From Minisyncoccota bacterium (GTDB lineage Bacteria; Patescibacteriota; Minisyncoccia; UBA6257; 2-01-FULL-56-20): a stretch of 64,000 nucleotides of DNA. Of this stretch, positions 37,863 through 46,027 are shown one piece after another. A program made the position numbers and the translations under genes. Every line of letters begins with the position of its first letter. Positions within the stretch are counted from its first letter, which is position 1. The stretch is taken from NCBI GenBank assembly GCA_041664245.1, contig JBAYLC010000003.1, forward strand, positions 394 to 64,393, in the 5' to 3' direction. The notes beneath the pieces were generated by a model. That model worked only from the letters and a program-made list of their open reading frames with translations. It did no database searches and had not been told where the DNA came from.

Positions 37863-37904
37863 CTCTAACCCCAACCGTTCCGAAAATGGAACAAGGAGGT
37901 TTAA

Positions 37905-38687
37905 TTGCTTAGAGTCAAAAATTGCGCTTCGGTAGGTATTATCTATCGAGCGAACCAACCGGGACAGGTCTTTCTCGAAACTAAAACTCCCGGTTATCCC
38001 GTGGAAGTTTTCGTGGGAAAGGGATTATTGCTGGGCGGCAACTGGGTTGGAAGCGTTCCGGACAAAAATCCCCTTGAAACTTTTCAGAGGGAAATCAGAG
38101 AAGAACTTTCTTTCGGAAATCCAGCTTTTGACCCCCAAGAAGTTGAATTACTCTTTGGAGAAAAAGCAATTGGGCATCCGTCCGAGGTAAGAAACATTTC
38201 TCCCGACCCCCAAGATGAAATCGAGCTGGAAAAAATAGTATCGACCATCTGTAATGGGGCAAAACCCTTTGGCGTATTTAGTCAAAAAGTTTCAAGGTCT
38301 CTTTTCGACAGCGGAAATCTCAAAAACAGAGCGGACGACCATACCGGCCTAATCTCTGTTTTCGAAGTTCCCCTCGAAGATGATACTTGGCTGCTACTGA
38401 TGAACCTTCAGGAAAAATTCGGAAATCTGTCTAACGAAAGCCAGAGTACCGCAACCTCTGTTTGGGAAATCCTGAAAAGAGGTATTCAGCTTGCGTGGGG
38501 AGAAGATCGCATCCTTATGCAGCACTTTCTGCGACATGGAATAGATGAAGCAGCAGGAATGCGACTAATGCCCTTTATCAATCTAAAGTATTGGGGACCC
38601 GTCGCCGACAATTACGACACCTACCTCCAGTCCATGGAAATCGAGAAGATTCCAAATGGAGTCGAACGACCCAAAATCACATCTTAG
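37905..38687 (+). CDS. Divergent Nudix-like protein (paralogue 2)
   Basis: TTG start after AAGGAGG; GGNWVG...P.ETFQREIREELSF and LQEKFGNLSNESQ shared with paralogue 1. Confidence 0.65.
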   Translation: MLRVKNCASVGIIYRANQPGQVFLETKTPGYPVEVFVGKGLLLGGNWVGSVPDKNPLETFQREIREELSFGNPAFDPQEVELLFGEKAIGHPSEVRNISPDPQDEIELEKIVSTICNGAKPFGVFSQKVSRSLFDSGNLKNRADDHTGLISVFEVPLEDDTWLLLMNLQEKFGNLSNESQSTATSVWEILKRGIQLAWGEDRILMQHFLRHGIDEAAGMRLMPFINLKYWGPVADNYDTYLQSMEIEKIPNGVERPKITS

Positions 38688-38766
38688 CGGAGACTTGAAT
38701 CACCAATCCAAATCTCCAATAGAGCGAACTGACAATTCGCTCTTTTTTTATCTTGGTTCGCAATAT

Positions 38767-41700
38767 CTATATCTTCCTCACCCCCACCCAAATTTCTTCA
38801 CCGTCTAATTTAGTAATAATCTCCACCAAAAACTTTTCCGATTTTTTATAACTAATTGATTCCGCGCCCACCTCCTTTTTAAATGAATCTTCGTTTTTAT
38901 CAATTATTTTTCGCAAGCTCTCGGGTAACTCCATCATTCCCATGATTCGATCCTCTGCGCTTAGTCCCGCTTTCGCTCTCAAATCCTGAACCAATCTCAC
39001 AAATTCCCTAACCAATCCCTCTTCTTTTAATTCTTTAGTAATATTCAAATCCAACTCCACCTCTCCGGAAATTTTGTCGTTAAATTGTACTTCCTTCACA
39101 TTTACCTCATCGGCTAAAATCCGAATTAACTCCTTATTCTTAATTCCTAAATCTTTATTCTTAATTCTCAAAGCCGCCAAAGGTTGGCGGACTTTGATTC
39201 CCGCCTCCGCCCGCTTAGCTAGCCCCAACGCTGCTAATCTTCTCACTTCTGCCATCTCTTCTAAAATTTTTGATTTTTTTTCTCTTGTTTTTAATTCCGG
39301 CCACCTCTCTAGATGTACTGATATTTCATTCTTGATACCTGATTCCCTATTCTTAATTCCTTCAAAAATAACCTCCGCAAAAAATGGCGTAAACGGTGCA
39401 ATTAATTTCGTTATTTCTTGAATCACGTAACCCAGTGTTTGCGATACCGCTGTATAATCTTTCTCGCTTATTGGTTTCTGTAGCCTTCGCCGCGACCTCC
39501 GAATATACCACCGTGATAAATCATTAATCAATTCCTCGATAACTATTGTCGCCTCTCTTACTTCGTAATTCTCGAGGTGTTTAGTTGTCTTATCAATCGT
39601 TTCATTAAGCCGCTCCGAAATCCATTGATCTAAAATATTTCGTGATTCACGATTTGCTATTTGTGATTTGCCATTAGCATACGTGTAATAAAACAAGAAC
39701 GAATTCCATAAAATCAAATGAAATTTCCGGGAAGTTTTTACAATTTCCGCCTCGTCGAAATTCCGAGGCTCTCCCGCCGGCGCCGCATTATAAAAATACC
39801 ACCTAACTGCATCTATCCCGTATTTCTCAATCATCGTCGCTGGCATAACAATATTTCCTTTTGATTTTGACATTTTCTGGCCAAATTTATCGTTTATAAG
39901 CCCAAGGCAAATAACATTTTTATAAGGTGCTTCAAAACCCAAAAGAGTCGCCACCGCTAAAAGGGTGTAAAACCACCCGCGCGTCTGATCTACTCCCTCA
40001 GAAATATAATCTGCTGGATACTGTAAATCTTTTAATCCTTTATTCTGTTCAAACGGCCAATGCGCCTGCGCTAGTGGCATCGCCCCCGAATCAAACCAAA
40101 CATCGGCAATTTCTTTCACCCTTTTCATTTTTCCGCTGCATTTTTTGCAACCAAAAACCATTTCGTCCGCAAACGGCCGATGTAGATTGATCTCCCCTGT
40201 TCTGTCTCGTGGGTTAAGCTTCAAATCAGTTTTTAAAAAATCTGCTACATTTATAAAAATCCCCTCCTTTTTTCCTATTTCTTGAATCGCTTCTTTTTCT
40301 GTCCATCCCCTCATTATTTGAGCAAACATCCAAATTGGATATTCGTGGCTTACAATCAAAATTCTCTTTCCCTTGTATTTCTTTTCAGTATCTTTAATAA
40401 AATCCCAAAGTCGAGTTCGCAAATCTAAAAGCGACTCTCCTCTCTCCGGTTTCTTCGAAAATTTATCCTCATAAGTTGGAAATTCATCGTGATATTCTTT
40501 TAAAGGTCGGCCCGAAAATTCAGCCACTTGTATCTCCCGAATTCGCTTATCGAAATTTACCTTCTTAATTCCTAAGATTTTTGAGGTAATCTGAGCCGTC
40601 TCTTTTGTCCGCAAAAGATCAGAGGCAAAAATCAATTGAATTTTTTCTTTTTTCAAAACCTGAGCGGTTTTCTCCACCTGTTTTCGGCCTCGATCGGTTA
40701 AGTGAAAGTTCTGATTGCCCGAATCAGCAATCCCCAACATCTGTGTTTCCGATTCTCCATGTCTCATAAATAAATACTCATTATTAGCCTCCCCCATCCT
40801 ATCACTCAATTCATCAAGACTGCCGATTACCTCTTCCTTGCCGCACTTACCACAAATCCAAATCGGCAAAGGCGTTCCCCAATATCTTTCCCGGGAAAAA
40901 TTCCAATCCTTCACCTCTTTTAACCATTCACCAAACCGGCCTTCTTTAATGTGTTTTGGCAGCCAATTTATTTTTTTATTCGCCGCCATCAACTCATTTT
41001 TTACCGCCGTGGTCTTCACAAACCAAGCATCTCGCGCATAATAAAGAAGTGGCGTTTTGCATCGCCAGCAGAATGGATATTCATGAGAATATTTTTCTAT
41101 CTTTAGTAAATTCTCGTTCTTTTCTAAAATACTGAAAATTTTCTTATCCGTTTCGGGATCCTTAACATACATTCCGCTCAAGCCCGACACCTCCTTTATG
41201 AATTTCCCCTGTTCATCAACCGTGTGAAATTGCGACAAACCGGCTTTAGCGCCTAACTTATAATCGTCTTCGCCATACATCACCGCCGTGTGTACCACCC
41301 CCGTTCCATCCGTCGTCGTCACAAAATCCGCCGCGTAAATCTTATAAGAATTCTTATTCTTTAATTTAGAAACATTAAAAAGCGGCTCATAATTCAACCC
41401 AATTAGATCCTTACCCTTGGTTGTTTTTTCAATTTTTCCCCGGACGCCCACCGCCTCAATCCGCTCTTTCGCCACCACAAAAATTTCTCCGCTCTCTGAT
41501 TCAAGCAAAACATAATCAATCTTTTCTCCCACCGCCAAAGCCACATTTCCCGGCAGTGTCCACGGCGTCGTTGTCCACGCCAACACATAAGTTTTGTCGT
41601 TCGTGTACCAGTCTCCAATTTTCTGTTTCGATTTTAATTTGAATCTAACGTAAACCGATTTATCTTCCACCGTCTCGTATCCCTGCGCCACCTCATGAGA

Positions 41701-42267
41701 AGAAAGGCCCGTCCCGCACCGTGTGCACCACAAAATAACCTTGTATCCTTTATACAAAAGCTTCCTCGCCCAAAACTGCTTAATAATCCACCACAATGTT
41801 TCCATATAATCCTTTTCATAAGTGATATATGGATTTTTTAAATCCAGCCAAAACCCCATCCGCTCTGTTAATTGCTCACCCTCTTCTTTGTACTGCCAAA
41901 CCGACTCCTTACACTTCTGATTGAATTTCTCAATTCCATATTCCTCAATCTCTTTTTTTGACTTCAACCCAAGCTTTTTTTCCACTTCAATTTCCACCGG
42001 CAAACCGTGCGTGTCCCAGCCGCTCCGCCGCGGCACATAAAAACCGCGCATAGTTTTATAGCGTAGAATAATATCCTTAAAAGACCGTGCTAAAACATGG
42101 TGGATACCCGGCCGCCCATTCGCCGTTGGCGGTCCCTCATAAAAGGTGAATTTTTTCTTTCCCTTATTTTTTTCGAGTGATTTCTCGAAAATTTTATTTT
42201 TCTTCCAAAACTCCAAAACCTTCTCCTCGGCTTTAGCCAAACTAAAATCTTTAAAATCCGCAAACAT
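38767..42267 (-). CDS. ileS: Isoleucyl-tRNA synthetase (type 2) with an inserted histidine-phosphatase domain
   Basis: GPPTANG.PGIHH, GWDTHGLP, WTTTPWT, SRERYWGTP, DQTRGWFY, KMSKS; internal RHGES domain. Start reassigned to ATG 42267. Confidence 0.95.
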   Translation of the reverse strand: MFADFKDFSLAKAEEKVLEFWKKNKIFEKSLEKNKGKKKFTFYEGPPTANGRPGIHHVLARSFKDIILRYKTMRGFYVPRRSGWDTHGLPVEIEVEKKLGLKSKKEIEEYGIEKFNQKCKESVWQYKEEGEQLTERMGFWLDLKNPYITYEKDYMETLWWIIKQFWARKLLYKGYKVILWCTRCGTGLSSHEVAQGYETVEDKSVYVRFKLKSKQKIGDWYTNDKTYVLAWTTTPWTLPGNVALAVGEKIDYVLLESESGEIFVVAKERIEAVGVRGKIEKTTKGKDLIGLNYEPLFNVSKLKNKNSYKIYAADFVTTTDGTGVVHTAVMYGEDDYKLGAKAGLSQFHTVDEQGKFIKEVSGLSGMYVKDPETDKKIFSILEKNENLLKIEKYSHEYPFCWRCKTPLLYYARDAWFVKTTAVKNELMAANKKINWLPKHIKEGRFGEWLKEVKDWNFSRERYWGTPLPIWICGKCGKEEVIGSLDELSDRMGEANNEYLFMRHGESETQMLGIADSGNQNFHLTDRGRKQVEKTAQVLKKEKIQLIFASDLLRTKETAQITSKILGIKKVNFDKRIREIQVAEFSGRPLKEYHDEFPTYEDKFSKKPERGESLLDLRTRLWDFIKDTEKKYKGKRILIVSHEYPIWMFAQIMRGWTEKEAIQEIGKKEGIFINVADFLKTDLKLNPRDRTGEINLHRPFADEMVFGCKKCSGKMKRVKEIADVWFDSGAMPLAQAHWPFEQNKGLKDLQYPADYISEGVDQTRGWFYTLLAVATLLGFEAPYKNVICLGLINDKFGQKMSKSKGNIVMPATMIEKYGIDAVRWYFYNAAPAGEPRNFDEAEIVKTSRKFHLILWNSFLFYYTYANGKSQIANRESRNILDQWISERLNETIDKTTKHLENYEVREATIVIEELINDLSRWYIRRSRRRLQKPISEKDYTAVSQTLGYVIQEITKLIAPFTPFFAEVIFEGIKNRESGIKNEISVHLERWPELKTREKKSKILEEMAEVRRLAALGLAKRAEAGIKVRQPLAALRIKNKDLGIKNKELIRILADEVNVKEVQFNDKISGEVELDLNITKELKEEGLVREFVRLVQDLRAKAGLSAEDRIMGMMELPESLRKIIDKNEDSFKKEVGAESISYKKSEKFLVEIITKLDGEEIWVGVRKI

Positions 42268-42353
42268 AGTATCTATATTCAAGCACAAAAAACACAATCA
42301 GTTCAAATTAGACCGAGCTTCCCTTTCGGTAAAAAATCAATTAAACTAGAGCA

Positions 42354-42459
42354 AAACAGAAAGATAGCCCCTCCTCTTCTCCACCGAACCGCTCTTCTCT
42401 TCTCAAGGAGCAAACCAGGAGAAACAGACTTCCCGTCACTATCTTTCTGTTCTTTTTTT
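42354..42459 (+). ncRNA. Candidate small RNA 1 (13-bp terminal stem, U-tract)
   Basis: TTCCCT-N17-TAAACT upstream; AACAGAAAGATAG (42355-42367) pairs perfectly with CTATCTTTCTGTT (42439-42451); T7 follows. Confidence 0.45.
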
Positions 42460-42555
42460 CGCCTTCCCAGCCGAACTAACTACTTCGGCAGAATAGGCAA
42501 GCAGAGCGCCTCCCCTTCTAATTACCACCAAAATAAACTATTCTTAAAATCAAGA

Positions 42556-42646
42556 GGCAAGATAGATAAGAACTCAAAAGGGACAGACAGCCAAGCTATA
42601 TCCAATAGGGCAAAACGTTCAACCACCTATCTATCTTGCCCTTTTT
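42556..42646 (+). ncRNA. Candidate small RNA 2 (13-bp terminal stem, U-tract)
   Basis: TTACCA-N17-TAAAAT upstream; GGCAAGATAGATA (42556-42568) pairs perfectly with TATCTATCTTGCC (42628-42640); T5 follows. Confidence 0.45.
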
Positions 42647-42651
42647 ATTCT

Positions 42652-44346
42652 CTAGATTTTATCCAAAACTTCTATCCCCAAGAGTCCTAGGCCGCTTTCA
42701 AGAACTGTTCCCGCCAAATCAATAAGCCCCAACCGGGCATTTTTTTTATCTCGATCGTTCTCTCGCCCCACCGGCACGGTCTCGTAAAATCTATTAACCA
42801 AATTAGCCAGCTCAAAAAGATATTCTGTTAGCTCGCTGGTTAAAAACGTCCGCCTCGCTTTTGTCACCGCTTCTGGAAACTGCGCAATTTTAAGAATTAG
42901 ATCATCTTCAACTTCATTTTTTAAGAATTCAAATTTTGGTTTCGCTGCCCTCCCTGATTTGTTTTTTATTCCTTGAATCCTCGCATAGGTATATTGCAAA
43001 TACGGTGCGCTATTCCCTGAAAAATCCAACATTCTCTCCCAATCAAAAACAATATCCGAATGCCTATTTTCCTTCAGATCGCCATATTTCAAAGCGCCGA
43101 TTCCCACCGCTCGAGCCACTCGCTCTTTTTCTTTTTCACTCAACTGTGGATTTTTTTTAGCCACCACCTCTTTTGCCAAGCCAATTATTTTTTCTATTAA
43201 ATCACTCAAAATAATCACTCTTCCTTCTCGAGTCGCAAACCTTTTCCCTTTTTCACCTAAAATAGTTCCAAATTTTATGTGTTCGGTTTTTATGTCGCTC
43301 CACCCTAAAATATTTTTTATCGCAAAAAGTTGTTCAAAGTGAAGCGACTGCTCATTTCCCACCACATACAAAATTTCCTCCGGCCTGTATTTTTCTCGAC
43401 GATACTCTAAATTGGCGATATCACGAGTCAGGTACAAGCTAGCGCCATCCGATTTCTGAATCAACCCGGGCGGCAAACCCCGATCATCAAGCGGCACCAC
43501 TAATGCCCCTTCGCTTCTTTTCGCCACTCCCCGCTTAATCAAATCATCAACTAGTAGCTTCAATTTCTTTTCGTAAAAAGCTTCTCCAATCCAGATATCA
43601 AAATCCACTCCCAAAATTTTATAAATCTTTTGAAATTCTTTGAGTGATTCTTTTTTAAACCATTCCCATAATTTTCTATTTTCTCGGTCTCCTTGCTCCA
43701 GCTTTTTAAATTCTTCCTGGCCCCGCCCTTCGAGCTCCGGCTTTTCCTTCATCTCGTCATGAAATTTCACGTAGAGTTTTTGGAGTTCTACGATCGGTTC
43801 CTGCTCCACAACTTTTTTGTCCCCCCACAACTTATACGCTGCGATTAACTTTCCAAACTGCGTCCCCCAATCACCCAGATAATTCCACCTTAAAACTTTA
43901 TAACCCGAAAACTCAAAAATATTAGCAATCGCGTCGCCGATAATTGTCGAGCGAATATGCCCCACATGCATCTGCTTGGCGATATTCGGATCAGAATACT
44001 CCACTATTATTTTTTTGCCTCGGCCGATTTTTGTCCGGCCAAAATTTTTTCGCTCCGCGTAAATTTTTTCTCCCTCCGATTTAACAAAATCCGGCGCGAG
44101 TTTTAAATTAATAAAGCCCGGCTTAATCACCGAAACATCAGCAATCATTTCTTTTGGCGCCTCCTTCCTAATCGCCGTCGCCCAATCCTCCGCCAGAACC
44201 ATCGGATTTTTACCGAGTTCTTTTGCCAACTTCAGCGCCGCGTTGGTCGAAAAATGGCCAAATCCTTTTTGCTCCGGCACCGTCACCTCAAACCCATCTT
44301 CTCGGCCAATCGCCCGTTTTATTAATATTTCTACTTTTTCTTTCAT
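42652..44346 (-). CDS. argS: Arginyl-tRNA synthetase
   Basis: EYSDPNIAKQMHVGH, GDWGTQFG, KSDG.SLY..RD, APYLQYTYARI. Confidence 0.97.
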   Translation of the reverse strand: MKEKVEILIKRAIGREDGFEVTVPEQKGFGHFSTNAALKLAKELGKNPMVLAEDWATAIRKEAPKEMIADVSVIKPGFINLKLAPDFVKSEGEKIYAERKNFGRTKIGRGKKIIVEYSDPNIAKQMHVGHIRSTIIGDAIANIFEFSGYKVLRWNYLGDWGTQFGKLIAAYKLWGDKKVVEQEPIVELQKLYVKFHDEMKEKPELEGRGQEEFKKLEQGDRENRKLWEWFKKESLKEFQKIYKILGVDFDIWIGEAFYEKKLKLLVDDLIKRGVAKRSEGALVVPLDDRGLPPGLIQKSDGASLYLTRDIANLEYRREKYRPEEILYVVGNEQSLHFEQLFAIKNILGWSDIKTEHIKFGTILGEKGKRFATREGRVIILSDLIEKIIGLAKEVVAKKNPQLSEKEKERVARAVGIGALKYGDLKENRHSDIVFDWERMLDFSGNSAPYLQYTYARIQGIKNKSGRAAKPKFEFLKNEVEDDLILKIAQFPEAVTKARRTFLTSELTEYLFELANLVNRFYETVPVGRENDRDKKNARLGLIDLAGTVLESGLGLLGIEVLDKI

Positions 44347-44384
44347 CCTTTCTTCTATATAAGGTACATAATATAATAACTGTA

Positions 44385-44822
44385 ATGAAAATCCTATCTG
44401 AAAACCGCCGCGCCCGTTTTGATTATGAAATCCTCGAGTCCTTCGAGGCTGGTTTAGAGCTGATCGGCCAAGAAGTTAAAAGTATTAAAGGTGGAAGGTG
44501 CAATCTAAGCTCTAGCTATGGGATTATTAAAAACGGCGAAGCCTGGCTTTTAAACGCCGAAATTCCTGCTTATCAACCCAAAAACGCCCCCGCCGATTAC
44601 GAATCCAGCCGCTCGCGCCGGCTTCTTCTTCATCAAAGCGAAATAGCCAAACTTACCGGCCGGCTTCACGAAAAAGGCCTCTCTCTGATTCCAATTAAGG
44701 CCTACTTGAAAAGGAATATGATTAAAATCGAGCTCGGCCTCGCTCGCAGCCGGAAAAAACAAGACAAACGCGAATATCTCAAAAAACGCGAAGCTCAAAA
44801 AGAAATCCGAAAAGAAAAATAA
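44385..44822 (+). CDS. smpB: SsrA-binding protein
   Basis: NRRARFDY, EAGLEL.G.EVKS, R.LLL, KK.DKRE..K.R. True start is ATG 44385. Confidence 0.97.
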   Translation: MKILSENRRARFDYEILESFEAGLELIGQEVKSIKGGRCNLSSSYGIIKNGEAWLLNAEIPAYQPKNAPADYESSRSRRLLLHQSEIAKLTGRLHEKGLSLIPIKAYLKRNMIKIELGLARSRKKQDKREYLKKREAQKEIRKEK

Positions 44823-44912
44823 TTAAAAATCACTAAAAATAAAAAGCCCGTCCTTAAATCAGGAACGGACTTAACAATTTTGACGCTCATATCAACTACA
44901 AGGGCTTCTTAT

Positions 44913-45188
44913 TTATTTAAGCCATTCCCTTTCTTCTTGTAGGAGACGATTCTCTTGCGCAACACGGACTGCGGCATTTGTGAACGCTCTGGAAACATCT
45001 TTCGCTTTCCTGGCCAGCAGCTCTTGAACTGATATATTCAACGCTGCCGCCTCCTTGCCCAACCTTTCCGCTTTTTCCCTTTGCCTCGCTCTCTTTTTAG
45101 GCCAGGACAACCTCTGCCCTTGTCCGACTTCCTTTCCCACGCTCGTTAGCTGACTTCCAATAAATCTTGTCTGAACGCTAGACTTCAT
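44913..45188 (-). CDS. Small basic hypothetical protein
   Basis: ATG after SD GGAGGT; hairpin downstream. Confidence 0.55.
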   Translation of the reverse strand: MKSSVQTRFIGSQLTSVGKEVGQGQRLSWPKKRARQREKAERLGKEAAALNISVQELLARKAKDVSRAFTNAAVRVAQENRLLQEEREWLK

Positions 45189-45251
45189 AAAAACCTCCAC
45201 AAAAATAAGTTTCTTTTACTTTTTTACCACATCGCTAAAAAATTCGCAATC

Positions 45252-45932
45252 CTACTTCTTTATTACTAACTCCTCCTCTGGATTTTCTTTTTCTAAATTC
45301 TCCAAAATTTTTTCCGCCACATATTCCGGTTTCATAAATTGGTCATAACCGGGCGGGCGGCTTCCGTCAAAAAGCCCTGTTTTCATCTTATCCGGAAAAA
45401 CCGAAATCACTTTAATATCAAATGGCTTAGTTTCTAGTCTCAAAACTTTCGTAAAACCATTTTCCGCGAATTTACTGGCGCAGTATCCCGCCGAACCGAC
45501 GTGCCCTTCAATTCCACTTACTGAAATTATATTCATAATCATTCCTTTCTCCGCTTTCTTCATCGGTCCGAGCGCCGCCCGCGAACCGTAAACCATCCCA
45601 AATAAGTTTACCTCCAACATTTTTCTTATTTCCTCTATTGGCAGATCTTCAATCGATGAATGCGGCAGCCAAATCCCAGCGTTATTCACCCAAATATCAA
45701 TCCGATTAAAATTTTTTATTGCCACCGCGGCCAATTCCTTAACATCAACCTCCCTAGTCACATCCGCCGTAAAATAAACTGCCCCCAATTCTTCCGCCAC
45801 CCTTCTTAACTCGTCCCGCTCATTCGCGCTCAAAACTAATTTTGCTCCCAATTTTTTAAATCCCGCCGCCATCGCCAATCCCAATCCCCGGCTAGCGCCA
45901 GTTATAACCACCACTTTATCCTGTAACTTCAT
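45252..45932 (-). CDS. Short-chain dehydrogenase/reductase
   Basis: TGASRGLG, NNAG, YCASK. Confidence 0.93.
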   Translation of the reverse strand: MKLQDKVVVITGASRGLGLAMAAGFKKLGAKLVLSANERDELRRVAEELGAVYFTADVTREVDVKELAAVAIKNFNRIDIWVNNAGIWLPHSSIEDLPIEEIRKMLEVNLFGMVYGSRAALGPMKKAEKGMIMNIISVSGIEGHVGSAGYCASKFAENGFTKVLRLETKPFDIKVISVFPDKMKTGLFDGSRPPGYDQFMKPEYVAEKILENLEKENPEEELVIKK

Positions 45933-46027
45933 AATTGAATTATAACTTATTCAAAAAATTTAAAATTTTATTATTCCTGTGCATAAGTAATCCCCTTTTA
46001 GTAGAAAACAAGTTGTATAATTAGTAC

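Noticed and set aside
42270-42650. T-box riboswitch upstream of ileS
   Set aside because: No T-box consensus (GGTGG.ACC.CG antiterminator) or specifier-loop motifs visible on the minus strand.
44223-44384. N-terminal extension of SmpB in the ORF track
   Set aside because: It overlaps argS antisense; homology and a -10 box point to ATG 44385.
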